A stretch of 64,000 nucleotides of DNA, from the NCBI GenBank assembly GCA_040954595.2, contig CM082592.2:6004308-6068307 (forward strand). The letters run 5' to 3'. Source of the stretch: Balanoglossus misakiensis. Its lineage: Eukaryota; Animalia; Hemichordata. The notes under the pieces were generated by a model. The model saw only the letters and a program-made list of their open reading frames with translations, ran no database searches and was not told where the DNA came from. Shown piece after piece: positions 28,662 through 40,345 of the stretch; within the stretch, counting starts at the first letter, position 1; the number at the start of each line of letters is the position of its first letter. Both the position numbers and the translations under genes were made by a program.

Positions 28662-29387
28662 TCAAGGGTTCAAGAGTCACAGGAAATGGGAACTTTCAAA
28701 TCTGCAAAGAAAATGGTAAACTTCTACCAAATTGTCTACCTGCACAGAGATTAAAAGTTTACAGGTCCTGAAAACATCGGTCAAATATAGACTCACAGGG
28801 GACGCAACGTTATATATTGAAATAAACTTTCACTAGCAGCCCCCCCCCCCTCCTCCACGAGAATTGACACCTCCCTCAACGCCACTGGTTAGCAAGTGGG
28901 TGAGTGCAGGCTGCTGCTTGCGTCAAACAGTCTTGATCACAAATAACATGATCACAAGTTTTTGGATTCGTAATGCTCAATTTATGAACTGACGTCACCT
29001 ACCTTCACGGACGCTGGCCGATCGATCCGACACGCCGATGCAACTACTGCAGGGGGGATGGTATATGGTTCGTAGCACCCAGCTGGGGAATAGTGGCGCG
29101 GCGGTCCGGGGGTGTCAAACTTAAACGTGACGACGACGCCTGGACTGCGGAGTTGTTTCCAAACTTGTTTCCAAACTTTTAAACATGTTACTACTTATTT
29201 GAGGTCAAAGTCTCATTAAAAGATCGTTTTCCCCGCGAATTTCTATACACTGACAAACTTTTTTTGCCTTTTTCGTTGTCAGAGGATGACTGCACGCGTG
29301 ATACTATCATGAGTAAATACATTGCCACGCCCACTTCCAGTCATATGAGTAGTGTGTCCCCTACTGTAACCCGGAAGTACAACAGAT

Positions 29388-30923
29388 ATGGCGGCGGCGA
29401 CTTTGAAAAGTGGTGCTGCGACGTCCCTGTCTTTCGAAAGTCGTCAAAACCTACAACCTGTGACATTATTAACACAAAGTGAGTCGAGAACTTGTCTGTG
29501 ACTATTGCAGTTATTATTTTATCGTCACACTACCGTGGATCGTCCCTCATGCACAGGTGCTTGAAAAAGAATCCAGTGGCAAAGGGTTAGAAATTGGGGG
29601 ACCGGTTTGAAGTTTAGGACTTAGGTTCATGTGTAGTCTTGATAAACATGTTTTTTGTTTTCCCTCGTGATAAAACATGCTTTCTGAGAGATTGTTAATT
29701 TATTTATTTGTTTTCACAATCTTGTAAAGGAAATTCCCTAAAAGACAGTCACCTGTTATCCAGCCACGACCTGCATACAAATGACAGTTCGGATTTACCC
29801 AACATGCAATGGACGTACATGAAAGAGGAAGGTTGTGATGATGTCATCACTGACGAAACGGTCAAAAGGAGATTTACATTACAGGGTAAGTGATCAGAAG
29901 AGTACAAAACCCAATGCCATATTAAAGCATAGGATGTTTTATCAATTTCTGAGTCTGTAACAATTTACCAGCAGTGTAAATCATGTCAAATGGCGGATCT
30001 TTTTCCCACCTTTCAGATCACAATACATTTGTGAAGAGAATTAAACGAAAGCGGAAAAGGACAAAGAAATGTGACATGGGCAAGTCTAAACGGTGGAGTG
30101 ACGACGAAATTTTGGCTCTTTGCAAAGTGGTGGACATCTGCCGGAAGCACGCCAGTATGCAGACCGAAAGCGCCGAGAAGGGGAAATCCACGGACATCTC
30201 GAAGACGTCCGGAAACCTACGGGAAAAGCTGCAGAAACTGAAACCGAAGGCGTCGCTCCTCGCGTCTCTCTTGCCGTGCAGGACGTGCGCAGAAGTGGTA
30301 AAGAAGATACAGACGGTGAACTTTGAGATGAAATACTCTGCTCATCTGCAGAAGTGCCTGCGATCCCAGGAGACCACTGGTGGCAGAAGAAGTTCCTGGG
30401 GGCAGAGAGCGTCCACCGCAAGCGGGGCGGTCGCCAGGAAGGCAGTCCAGAAGGCCAAAAACACACCTGTCAAGACAAAACAGGTGATGACATCATGCAT
30501 TTTAACAGATCAGGTCAAAGGTTACCTTTCCAAACTCTATTCCACCCCTGTCAATGTCAGGTTGAACAGTATTCTGCTAGGTAGACTCAAAGGGAATTTT
30601 ACGCATCAGTTTTGTTTTTAGAATGGTCATAGGGGACAATAACTATGACAACATTAAAATAAGCACATTGTATTTTACGTGCTTTGTGTGTTTTTCTTCC
30701 ATTACAGAAAAACGAAGATAAATTGAGAATTTGGAGATGTAGATTTCTCGACAAATGTTTGGAGGCACAATCTGGTGATCTGTCACAACTATCTGTACAG
30801 CCAAATATTCAACCACAGGAGGAACCCAATCCAGCTCATCACAATCAGCTGTTCATGGAGAACGTGAGAGAGTCCAGAAAATCTATCCTGGATGCCTGCC
30901 TACAAGCACAGATACAAAGCTAA
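29388..30923 (+). CDS. Uncharacterised probable nuclear protein with a split Myb/SANT-like motif (~309 aa)
   Basis: Exons 29388-29478, 29730-29885, 30017-30483, 30708-30923 join in frame with GT-AG sites. It has a basic NLS-like KRIKRKRKRTKK, then KRWSDDEILAL ... LLASLLPCRTCAEV (Myb-like helices 1 and 3). The start codon is uncertain, and resemblance to SNAPC2 is weak. Confidence 0.6.
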
Positions 30924-32321
30924 AGAAAGTCCTGTCAGACACTCCTTTCATCAAACGTCTTCCTGTGAAAACACTGTTCCTGTGCAAGACACTGATGCCA
31001 ACTTTCCTGTGTTGGAATTCAAACAAACTTTCCACCTGGTCCATTAAAAACCAACAGCTTGGACCATTGACAACTGATAATAGGCATTCAGTGTGATCAC
31101 ACTTCGTATTTATTGATTTATTCATTAGTTCATTGGGTTTTACCTCATGAATAATTATTCACAGATTTTTAATAAATTATATTTATCTTTCCATTTCACT
31201 GCCTCTTCTGGTCATACATTGAACATTTGCGGATGTTTGGTTGGCTGGTAATGTGTTGTGTACATATATTTATGAAAATCAATAAAAAGGCCAACCCCCC
31301 CTACATATATGGATATGTCTCACAGAACCTATGGGCTATTAAAAGTTTGAGCGGTATGATCAGAAAAACTTGTGCTATAACTTCTTGGGTCGCCACAGCG
31401 CCCTCTACAAAGCACAACGTAATTTATTTCTAAAATGGCAGCACGCTAATGGTATTTTGGAGATGTTGGTCTGTGCTTTATGGCTGTAACCTTAGCGGCA
31501 ATAAAGGTGAGTTTATATTACTTCCCCGGAAGGTAGCCATTGAGTTATTTCACGATCGCTAAAGTGCCTTCAGACGCACGTAGGATGTGTGGTGAGGCGC
31601 CCAGCCTCGGACGCGCCGGGACGAATATGATACTTGAAAGGTGAACGTGAGGTCGCTCCCGGTTCGACGCACGTTGCATCACGTCGAACCGAAGGGTAGA
31701 AACACCTTTTTGTGTTTCGGATGGACGACGTCGAATTCAACAAATTGCAGTCTGTTTCACTGCATGTCTCAATGATTCCATTTTCAATACTTTGGGTACT
31801 GCTCCTGGTTCATATACATGATTGGTATATATCGATAGAAGTTGAAACACACCAATAGAGGGCGCAATGGCCAATTAAGGGGGGGGGGGCGGGGGGGAGA
31901 TAGCGCATTGCTGTTGAATAACAAAACATGACGAAAAACCACAAAATCTGAATATTCCATTTTATTGAAGCATCTCTGGGTCAATTTTGTCTTTAATATT
32001 TTTTTTCTATTTTTAAAAGCCTTGTCAAATTAAGTCAGCAAGAAAGCGAACAAGCACAGACATGCATGCTGCGATTAATGCAAATGTCTATTGTAGATTG
32101 TATCAATAATTCTGCTCTTTCTGTTAAGAGTGCTTCTTTTTTGCATTGTAAATAAAGTCAATGTTTAATTAAGTCTCTGTTTTGAAAAACGATTAATCAG
32201 GATCCTTAGAGAACTGTGTTTCATGACTTTATATGTCTGTCTGTGTTATTTCAATATAATTTCAGGTGTCAGCAGATGGTCATAATATTTTCCGTCATTT
32301 TTGAGGAGACATTTATTTAGA

Positions 32322-35300
32322 ATGTCGATCTTTAGCCAAATTGTACGAAGCGTCAACTTCGGTGCAAGACGATTGAACTGCCTGAGTGCTCACAGTGGCA
32401 AATGTGTGCCGAAGCAGTCAGCAAATCCTGCAAGAAGACATCAACCACTGAGCAGCGAGAAATGTAACAGTGTACTTCCCGTACACCTCAGTTCTGGTGT
32501 TGGGATGGCACTGAGCTCCGGTTGTGGAAGAACAAATTCCAAAATGGCCGCAAGACACCATGGGACATACACAGCTCCCTGCTTCGACCAGAAAGGCCAG
32601 GTAAATCCCAATGATAATGACAACGAACAACTCTGTACTTTCCCAAGGAGACCACCACTCCTCGGAAATACTAGCGTTGAAACTTTTGCGCCTACTGAAT
32701 CCCAACAATCTTTGAATATGAGAAAGCGAAGCTTCATTTTGTCGTCGATGAGCAATATGCGACTTTGGTCCAAAAACTCCCAGAGTTTATGTAGCATCCA
32801 GAACAGCGTCTTCAAGTCCGACGTGAGGTGGGAGTCGACTTCTGAGCAAGTGACTGCAGGATCGGAACCGCCAGCGAACACGACTGCAAAGTCGGAATCT
32901 GTAGGGACCACAAAAATACCCAAGATCAAGAAGAGCGAAGAAAGCAAGCCGGGTTCAGACAAGAAACACTTGAAGTCGAGACCGAGGACCAAGAATCCAT
33001 CAAGACTAGCTAAGGATGATATAGAAGTGACACAGGTCAGTCCCGCAAAGAATTATGAATGCACACAATTTTGAAGGTATTTTGTGCTTTTAAAGAAATC
33101 AGAGAAAGGGTAATGAAAGTCTCATAAAAACACTCAATAATTCTTACCACATATGTTTTCTTTTCACACATGTCATATTTCAGCAATGTTTGTAAATAAT
33201 CATGTTTTCTTGACATTCTCCAGAATTCCTATCTGTGCACTGCATTCTCCACAGCAGATGAATACAACTTAGAACATCTCAGTTACGACCTACAAGCTCA
33301 TCAACTCTGCACAGTTGCATCCATGCCCCAAGGTTAGTATGCCAGTGCTTGTACGTGATAAAATACAAAACTGATGGATGACTGTACTGTCTGGGCTTCT
33401 CCACACCTAGCCTTAGAATAGTGTAGAAAAGGGAACAGCTACTGAGCTGTGATGTTTCTGTGTTAATTACAGACGTACAGGACGTCCTTCACATGAGAAC
33501 CGTTAATGGTGAACTTGATCATGAACCCGACGAGATTTTCTTCTTCCGAGAAGGTTCTGTCGTCTTCTGGAATGTGCAAGACATCAAAGTAAGTCCGGCA
33601 TAGATTTTCATCGATGCAACTGATCATCACTTTATAAACAAACAAAAACAATGCTGTAGTAGTTTTCTCACTTTTTCACTGCCCTCAGCCTACAGGTGAA
33701 GAATATAACGGTAGTGGGTAGAATTTAATAAGCAATCGTAGAGTCTATTTCTGAAACAAAAAACATTGTATAAATTCATAAATTGCATCGTCGAAAAACG
33801 CTACACGAAACCACCATACATTCTATGATTCACAGTGTATAATTGATAAAGATGAACATTTCTGTATCGTTTATTTACAAATTGCTGTCGTGATTTTGTG
33901 AAGATGAAGAAGGTTCTGCGTATCCTGAGTAAGCATGAGATCCGGCCGTATGAAGTGGCTCTTGTCAATTGGGAAAACGAACAGCTACAGTACAGATACA
34001 CTGAGTGAGTTATTCGTTCTTGTGTCCAAACAGTGTTATAATAGACTACGTCTTCTTAGGACATTTGGGTCCCACAAGATTTGGTTTTTCTTTGCTATAA
34101 TGGCCATTTGCTATTTAAATCTCCCCCCCCCCCCAAAAAAAAAAAAAAAAAAAAAATTAAGAGCAACAAAACAACAACATACAAACCATCCATACGACCA
34201 CTTGAGAAGCGAGTCTGGTGTATTCAAGATGGCTGCCAGACAGGAAAGAATACAGCTGAGCAAGGCTGATATTGTCGTGTCATGTTCAGCATATATTAAC
34301 TCATAAAAATACAACATTATTCATGCTGTGATACGTGTATAATTTCCTTTCTGATGAGGAAATCTGTGACATTTGTTATTTCCCTATATACTTTAAAAAT
34401 CAAATTTTTGAAATAATGTCTGTGGTTTGATTTCAGTTCCAACTCGCGTCTTGGCAAAGACGAGATCCTGTTGAACTCCTCCACCGATCCACAGGTCATC
34501 GCGCTGCAGAAATTTGCATTTTCTAATGCCATGGCTCTATCAGGTAACAGGACATTTTACATGTAGCTTATTACACAATACAGGTGGTAAATTGAGAGCA
34601 CATTCAATGGTGATTCTCTTACTTAAATTTCGGTTTTGATTTTAGCCACAGAAAAGCAGAAGTAATACACTGAAAACATTACATTTGTACATGGTTATTT
34701 AAGTGATGTAAAGCTTTACAAAACAAGCAGGGTTATCCATTAGTCATCGCCATATGACTCTTACTGTTTCACTTCTCCTTTTTATACATGAGTATTAAGC
34801 AGCAAGGGGGAAGTTTTTATCTTTCAAACATTATAAGACGACGGTGCCAGTTGCATGCTCACTTTTTGCATTGGACTGCTAAGCGTTGAACATGAAGACT
34901 GGCTGGTGTACCGGCCTTCTCCTGGTGGTTGTGACAGCTGGATCTGCCTTTGGGGGCAGCCACTTCGCACCCGTCGTCAATCCGTGGAAAATCTACAACA
35001 GGAGTTGGGTTCGGATATCCGACGACTTCGATGAGAACAAGCTGGCTGACCTGCCCGAGTCTACAGCTTACCTGCGACTGTCGAACAACAACATTAGACG
35101 CATCTCTGCGTCCACCTTCTCGAAACTGAAGAATCTGGAGACACTGGAGGTCGTGCAGAACCCGCTGTCGGAGATCGAAGGTGGGTCGTTCGCGAATTTG
35201 GTGAATCTGCAGAATCTGCACCTCAGCTCCAGAAGTCGCCATGGAAATGACGTCGCCCCTAATTATCCGCATTTTACAGCCGGCGTCTTCCGCGGGTTGG

Positions 35301-38300
35301 ACAATCTGAGTTGCCTGAAGCTGATGATAATCGGAATTGAGGTAATCTACCGAGACTTCTTCGAGCACACGAAAAACTTGCGCACTTTGTGTCTCAGAAG
35401 AAACCCGATCCGAACCGTCGCTTCTGACGCCTTCGCGTACCTGGACAAGTTGGAGCTGTTGGATCTTTCGTTCACTTTCATCAGCTGGCTGCATCCGCTC
35501 ACGTTCAGAAACCTCACCCGGTTGACCCAGCTGTTCATGTCCCCAACGAGACTGCTCACAATTCCCTCGGACGCGCTGTCCCATTTGACCGGTCTCCGCA
35601 TCTTGACGCTCGCCGGGAACTTCTCGACGTTCGAGTTCAAGGAGCCCGTCAAGAGGCTGGCCAACCTGCAGGAGGTGACTTTGCGGTCAAAGTACACGAC
35701 GACTATATTTGAGTATGCCAGCAACGACGCCATTGAGCTCGTTCCGGGCGCCTTCTATTACCTGAACACGAAATCGTTGAACGTCGATGAAAACCACGTG
35801 AAAATGACTGCAAGTGTAGCCATGGTAGTGACGTACCTCTTTTCGCCCTTCTTGAGAACGCTGTCCTGTATGGGAGTCTCCACCCTGAGTACGGCACGTG
35901 TGATCGACGCCGTCGTGGACATGTCTCTATTGCCAAACAAGTTACTGGAGTTAAACCTGTCGAAGAACAAACTGCGGTCAGTCGGCGCGGAGCCTTTCAA
36001 ACACCTGGTCGAATTGAGAGTATTGAATCTCAGTTCGAATGCATTTAACCAGCTGGACGAGGACGCGTTTTGGGGGCTGAAGAAACTGGAGGTTTTAGAT
36101 CTGACCAAAAATCAACTTGACGTGACATCGATGAAAGCACTGCGGGTGTTTTCCAATAGAGATTACAGTTTGAGAGTTCTGAACATTTCCAGCAACAGAC
36201 AGTTGACGGACAGGTCACGTGCAGGGATGGGGATCCTAAAATCAGTATTTAACATTTCAACCTTGAGAGAGCTGGTGTTGAAATCCATGGATCTCAAACT
36301 TACTGACACTTTGCTAATAAGCAGCCTTTGCCATATCCCCCAGTTGGAGAAATTGTCTCTCAGAAATAACAGACTGTTTAAATTCAGCCCATGGTGTCTG
36401 CAAAAGTTAACATCGTTAAAGTCCTTAGATATGTCGTACAATGGTGTGAACCCCTCCGCTTCTGGTGTATATCAAACTTTCTCAAAACTTGCTACATTAG
36501 AATTCTTAAATCTATCTGGCCCGAGGTTCGACCTCAAAATACTGAAAGACGCATTTTCCATCAAAACTCTGGTTCTCATGAATGGTCAATCAACAAACCC
36601 TGAAGATGTCTGGGACAATACGTTCAATGCGAATTGGCAAGAAATGGATTTATTTTTCCCCAACCTGGCAATTCTGGTTCTAGCGCACACCCACATCTCG
36701 TATCTGTCTCAGGCTGTCTTCGACGGCTTTCCGAACGCCACGCAGCTGCGGCTGAACGACAACAGATTGACCCACCTGGACATGTCGATGTTCCGAAATC
36801 TGACGAAGTTGCAGTACCTCGACATGAGCGGCAACAAGATCGCCACCGTCAACGGCAGCGCCTGGCACCTGCCCAATCTCCACACCTTGCTGTTGGCCAG
36901 GAACGGCCTGACTTCCATCCCGGAGTGGCTCGTCGACCCCAAGTTCTTGCCGGCGTTGCGGACCCTGGATCTGCAACGGATGATCTTCATCTGCGACTGC
37001 CAGCTGGGGCCGTTCCGCAAGTGGGCCCAGAAGGATACGGTCGTCAACGTTGTGGAATTCGACGACTACCAGTGTTCCCATGGCAACAAGGACCGCGGAG
37101 GGAACTACTTGAAAGCCTTCAATCCCTGGGAATTGGATTGCGAGTCCCTCCTGCACGTCTACCTGTCGGTAAGCCTCGCTTGTGTTACCGTGGCGCTGGC
37201 GATTGTGTCGGGTCTCTGCGTCTACAACCGGTGGTACGTGAAGTACGTGTGCTTCAAGTTCAAGTTGAAAGTCAAAGGCTATCATGAATTGGTTGACTTG
37301 GAGGAGAAAAAGAAACCGTTCGATGCCTTCATATCGTACAACAGCAAGGACTCAAAGTGGGTTTCCGAGGAGTTGCTTCCTCACCTCGATGCAGAGAGCC
37401 GCGAAGACGTCGAGACGGGCAAGCCGTCCAAGTTTGACATTTGCATCGACTTCAAGGATTTCGTCGGCGGGCGGACCATCATCGACAACATCATCGACTG
37501 CATTCAGAACAGCAGGAAGACCGTGCTGGTGCTGACGCCGAACTTTGTGGCCAGCGAGTGGTGCTACTTTGAGCTGGAGATGGCCCTGCAGCGACTGTTC
37601 GACGAGGGCCGGGACGTGGTGATCCTGGTGCTGCTCGAGCCCATCCCGGACAAGGAGATGACGCGGAGGCTGAGGAGGCTCTTCGCCAAGAAGACTTACA
37701 TCGAGTGGCCGCGGGGGGAGTGCCCCATGGCCAGGCAGTTGTTCTGGGCCAAGTTGGAGAACGCGCTCAAGCTCCCCACGAAAGTTGATCGCTTGCATAA
37801 AGAGTGAGACACGTGGTCTTGTGGAGGCGTGAGATTGAAAATTCGAGCCACTTTAGTGTGCTTTCTCTGCTCCTAGAGAAATACAAGTTCTGAAACCGTT
37901 TTAGGTTGTTTTTTTATGGAACTCAATCCAGTGAGGTCAACATTCCACACGCTGGAACTTCCCCTTTGAAAGTCATGATCATTATCAGGAGTTAAAATTA
38001 CAGCAACTTTTTATATCATGATCAGAAATTTTGCCAAGTGTTGTAATAATATTTGCACATTATATTTCTTTGTGCTGGTCAGCTGATTAAATTTCTGCAA
38101 GCAGTTTCTTTTATGGAGTCTTTGATTTTTTCGTAAAAAGGCGTTTCATTACAACACACTTGGACATTTCATACATGTAAGATATTTCATTTACATTTGG
38201 TACAATGTATAATTAGTAGTAAAATGCTACCTTTGGGATAAAAGACAGTACAAGTTGATTTTTTGTGTATATCATTCACTGCACCGTATTTATATTGACA

Positions 38301-40345
38301 CTGTTCATTATGACACGATTTGATGTTTGGCAAACAAAATGTGACGAAGAAATAAAACGATGATTTTTTGCCTAGATCCATGTTAGATAAAGCGGTCGTT
38401 CTTATCTTGGGCACTGACTGTTCCCTTTGTAGCCAATGTAAAATCCGTGAGTCTGGTACTAAAAATAGGCGTTGGCAGCTTCCTAGTGGTCATTCACATT
38501 GCTACCAGAACTTTCAATTCCTCTAACCTGTTGTTGAACTCAGCTTGGCAGAAAACATTTGCATGATGTCATAGGTGACTATATAGCGGTCAGGGTGTGT
38601 TGATAATAATATGACTCCGATGACTTCCTGGTAGGATTGAGTAATGTTTATTTAGGCTACTTTTTTACCCAGTATGGGAAATTTTCAGATACAGCCGGGA
38701 GAACCAGTTAACTTTACTTTTTAAATTTATATTGTGTTCAACTTCCAACAAATTCTTGAACTATAAAAACTACAGATTTTGGGAAACACGTGAAAATCAG
38801 ATATTTTGTGGCATCAATCAGATCATCGCTATTATTATCAATAATCATTATCATTCAATGTACAGTTAAGCTAATAACCAGATTTCATAAAATAATAGAT
38901 TCCCATGGTAACATGAAACAAAGTACATGTAATGGCAATTAAAGTTTGTCTTTTTTTTTTGCAGTGAAACTGGCAATTTGGGAATATTCCTTAGACCGTT
39001 TTGTTGGCTCTATAGAATGGGTACCAGAGGTAAGATATTGATCAGAATTGATTTCAGATAATCCTTGACAGGATCATTGATAATCATAACTAAAGAAGAT
39101 TGTATCAGATTAAAGTGTGGCATATATCTAGTGGTAGTAGATATACAAAACAAAAATACTGAAAACATAGCGAAAGTTACAGCTAATGGAGCTTTAACAT
39201 ATAACAGCATTCCTGAAAACCCCCAAATTTTGTTGGACACTCTTGTACAAACAACTACAACCTTTGCAATAAAAAAAGGACGTGTCATCCATTACTGGTT
39301 TGTGTTCATAACGACAGAATTTGAAGGCCGGCAAGAAGCTGAAAATGTCCATGGTTGAGGTCATGAAAAGAGTGGGCGAGCTGTTTGCGTTCCGGCACAG
39401 TATCAACCTGAGCTCGGATCTGCTGATGACCCCGGATTTCTACTGGGATCGGGATCAGCTGGAGCACATCTACGTCCGGATGTGCAATTATCTGAACATC
39501 ACCAGGAGGACAAAGGTGAGATACAACACCCCTCCCCCCTCCCCCATTTCCCACTAAAGTGGACTGTTCCCTGCTGCTGATACCATTAGGGTTTTGACCA
39601 CTCTGTTTGGGGGAGAAGGGTTAATTAGAAATGGCGCCTGCAACTCCTCCAAAATTGCCAGTCATCGCCATACCATTACGTCCATTGAGAGAGACAAATG
39701 CTGGTACCCTGTATAATCTGTCTATTTCCTCCACATCACAATATTCTGCCAGCCACTTTCACCAGTTGCCAATGAAAGTAATGTATTGTGCATTCCTGCA
39801 TACATTTTGCCATGATGTGGGTCAAGGAAGTATGAAACTGTAATATAATTTACAAAGGTCGCTCTGTGACTGTTAAAAGAACCAGAACAAACATGGGTAC
39901 TGCTTACTAACCAGAAAAACAATATTTGTGCAGGTGATGAACGAGAAACTAAACCACTGCTCCGAAATGATCGAATTGATGAGAACTCACCTGAACGACA
40001 AGCATTCTCTGAGACTGGAATGGATGATCATCTTGCTGATCTTGGTGGAGGTAAGCGTCGCCATGGCAGTCACTTCAGTTTCATCCAGGGGGCTGTTTGC
40101 CTCATTCTAAACACAAGAGGACGGTACATTGATTGTGTTATCATCAGAGAGATGCTAGTCACTCTCACCTTGGGTTTGTTGCGTAAGATGTGATTTAAGT
40201 GAAGATTCAGCGGAGACTTGAAAGCGTTGTCATTCATTTAAAATTCTGAATTCTGTTTTATTCACAGGTGGTGTTTGAGATAGTACATTATGCAGAGAGA
40301 TATGTGGAGAGAAAATACCAGCCAGCTGCATCCAATACAGGATAA
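32322..40345 (+). CDS. RMND1: Required for meiotic nuclear division 1 homolog (DUF155; mitochondrial translation factor), 9 coding exons, ~534 aa
   Basis: Exons 32322-33035 (Arg/Ser-rich presequence-like N-terminus), 33224-33332 ([12 protein letters not shown]), 33473-33588 ([13 protein letters not shown]), 33904-34004, 34437-34543 ([11 protein letters not shown]), 38965-39029 (VKLAIWE), 39318-39515 ([26 protein letters not shown]), 39934-40050 ([25 protein letters not shown]), 40268-40345. A probable non-coding exon 1 ends at the donor near 31506. Confidence 0.94.
34730..34840 (+). promoter_or_regulatory. Candidate intronic promoter of the nested TLR
   Basis: Within ~110 bp: kappaB-like GGGTTATCC (34730), AP-1-like TTAGTCA (34740) and TGACTC (34755), IRF/Ets-like GTTTCACTTCTC (34766), kappaB-like GGGGGAAGTTTT (34806), TATA-like TTATAAGA (34831). 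These are motif matches only. Confidence 0.35.
34892..37807 (+). CDS. Toll-like receptor, single-cysteine-cluster (vertebrate-like) architecture, intronless, 971 aa from the first ATG
   Basis: Signal peptide ([21 protein letters not shown]), many LxxLxLxxN LRRs, one juxtamembrane LRRCT (FICDCQL..F..W...YQC...C), TM helix ([22 protein letters not shown]), and TIR domain (FDAFISY, box 2 region, [30 protein letters not shown]). Lies entirely within RMND1 intron 34544-38964. Confidence 0.96.
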   Translation: MKTGWCTGLLLVVVTAGSAFGGSHFAPVVNPWKIYNRSWVRISDDFDENKLADLPESTAYLRLSNNNIRRISASTFSKLKNLETLEVVQNPLSEIEGGSFANLVNLQNLHLSSRSRHGNDVAPNYPHFTAGVFRGLDNLSCLKLMIIGIEVIYRDFFEHTKNLRTLCLRRNPIRTVASDAFAYLDKLELLDLSFTFISWLHPLTFRNLTRLTQLFMSPTRLLTIPSDALSHLTGLRILTLAGNFSTFEFKEPVKRLANLQEVTLRSKYTTTIFEYASNDAIELVPGAFYYLNTKSLNVDENHVKMTASVAMVVTYLFSPFLRTLSCMGVSTLSTARVIDAVVDMSLLPNKLLELNLSKNKLRSVGAEPFKHLVELRVLNLSSNAFNQLDEDAFWGLKKLEVLDLTKNQLDVTSMKALRVFSNRDYSLRVLNISSNRQLTDRSRAGMGILKSVFNISTLRELVLKSMDLKLTDTLLISSLCHIPQLEKLSLRNNRLFKFSPWCLQKLTSLKSLDMSYNGVNPSASGVYQTFSKLATLEFLNLSGPRFDLKILKDAFSIKTLVLMNGQSTNPEDVWDNTFNANWQEMDLFFPNLAILVLAHTHISYLSQAVFDGFPNATQLRLNDNRLTHLDMSMFRNLTKLQYLDMSGNKIATVNGSAWHLPNLHTLLLARNGLTSIPEWLVDPKFLPALRTLDLQRMIFICDCQLGPFRKWAQKDTVVNVVEFDDYQCSHGNKDRGGNYLKAFNPWELDCESLLHVYLSVSLACVTVALAIVSGLCVYNRWYVKYVCFKFKLKVKGYHELVDLEEKKKPFDAFISYNSKDSKWVSEELLPHLDAESREDVETGKPSKFDICIDFKDFVGGRTIIDNIIDCIQNSRKTVLVLTPNFVASEWCYFELEMALQRLFDEGRDVVILVLLEPIPDKEMTRRLRRLFAKKTYIEWPRGECPMARQLFWAKLENALKLPTKVDRLHKE

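Noticed and set aside
34123-34156. poly-C/poly-A run as a retroposition scar for the TLR
   Set aside because: It is in a different intron, upstream of the TLR. No poly(A) tail or TSD flanks the TLR, and intronless TLRs are common, so retroposition is not demonstrated.
34859-37798. Long antisense and alternative-frame ORFs over the TLR (e.g. 34859-35584, 36634-37287, 36680-37285, 37352-37798)
   Set aside because: Shadow ORFs expected from GC-rich codon usage, with no recognisable domains.
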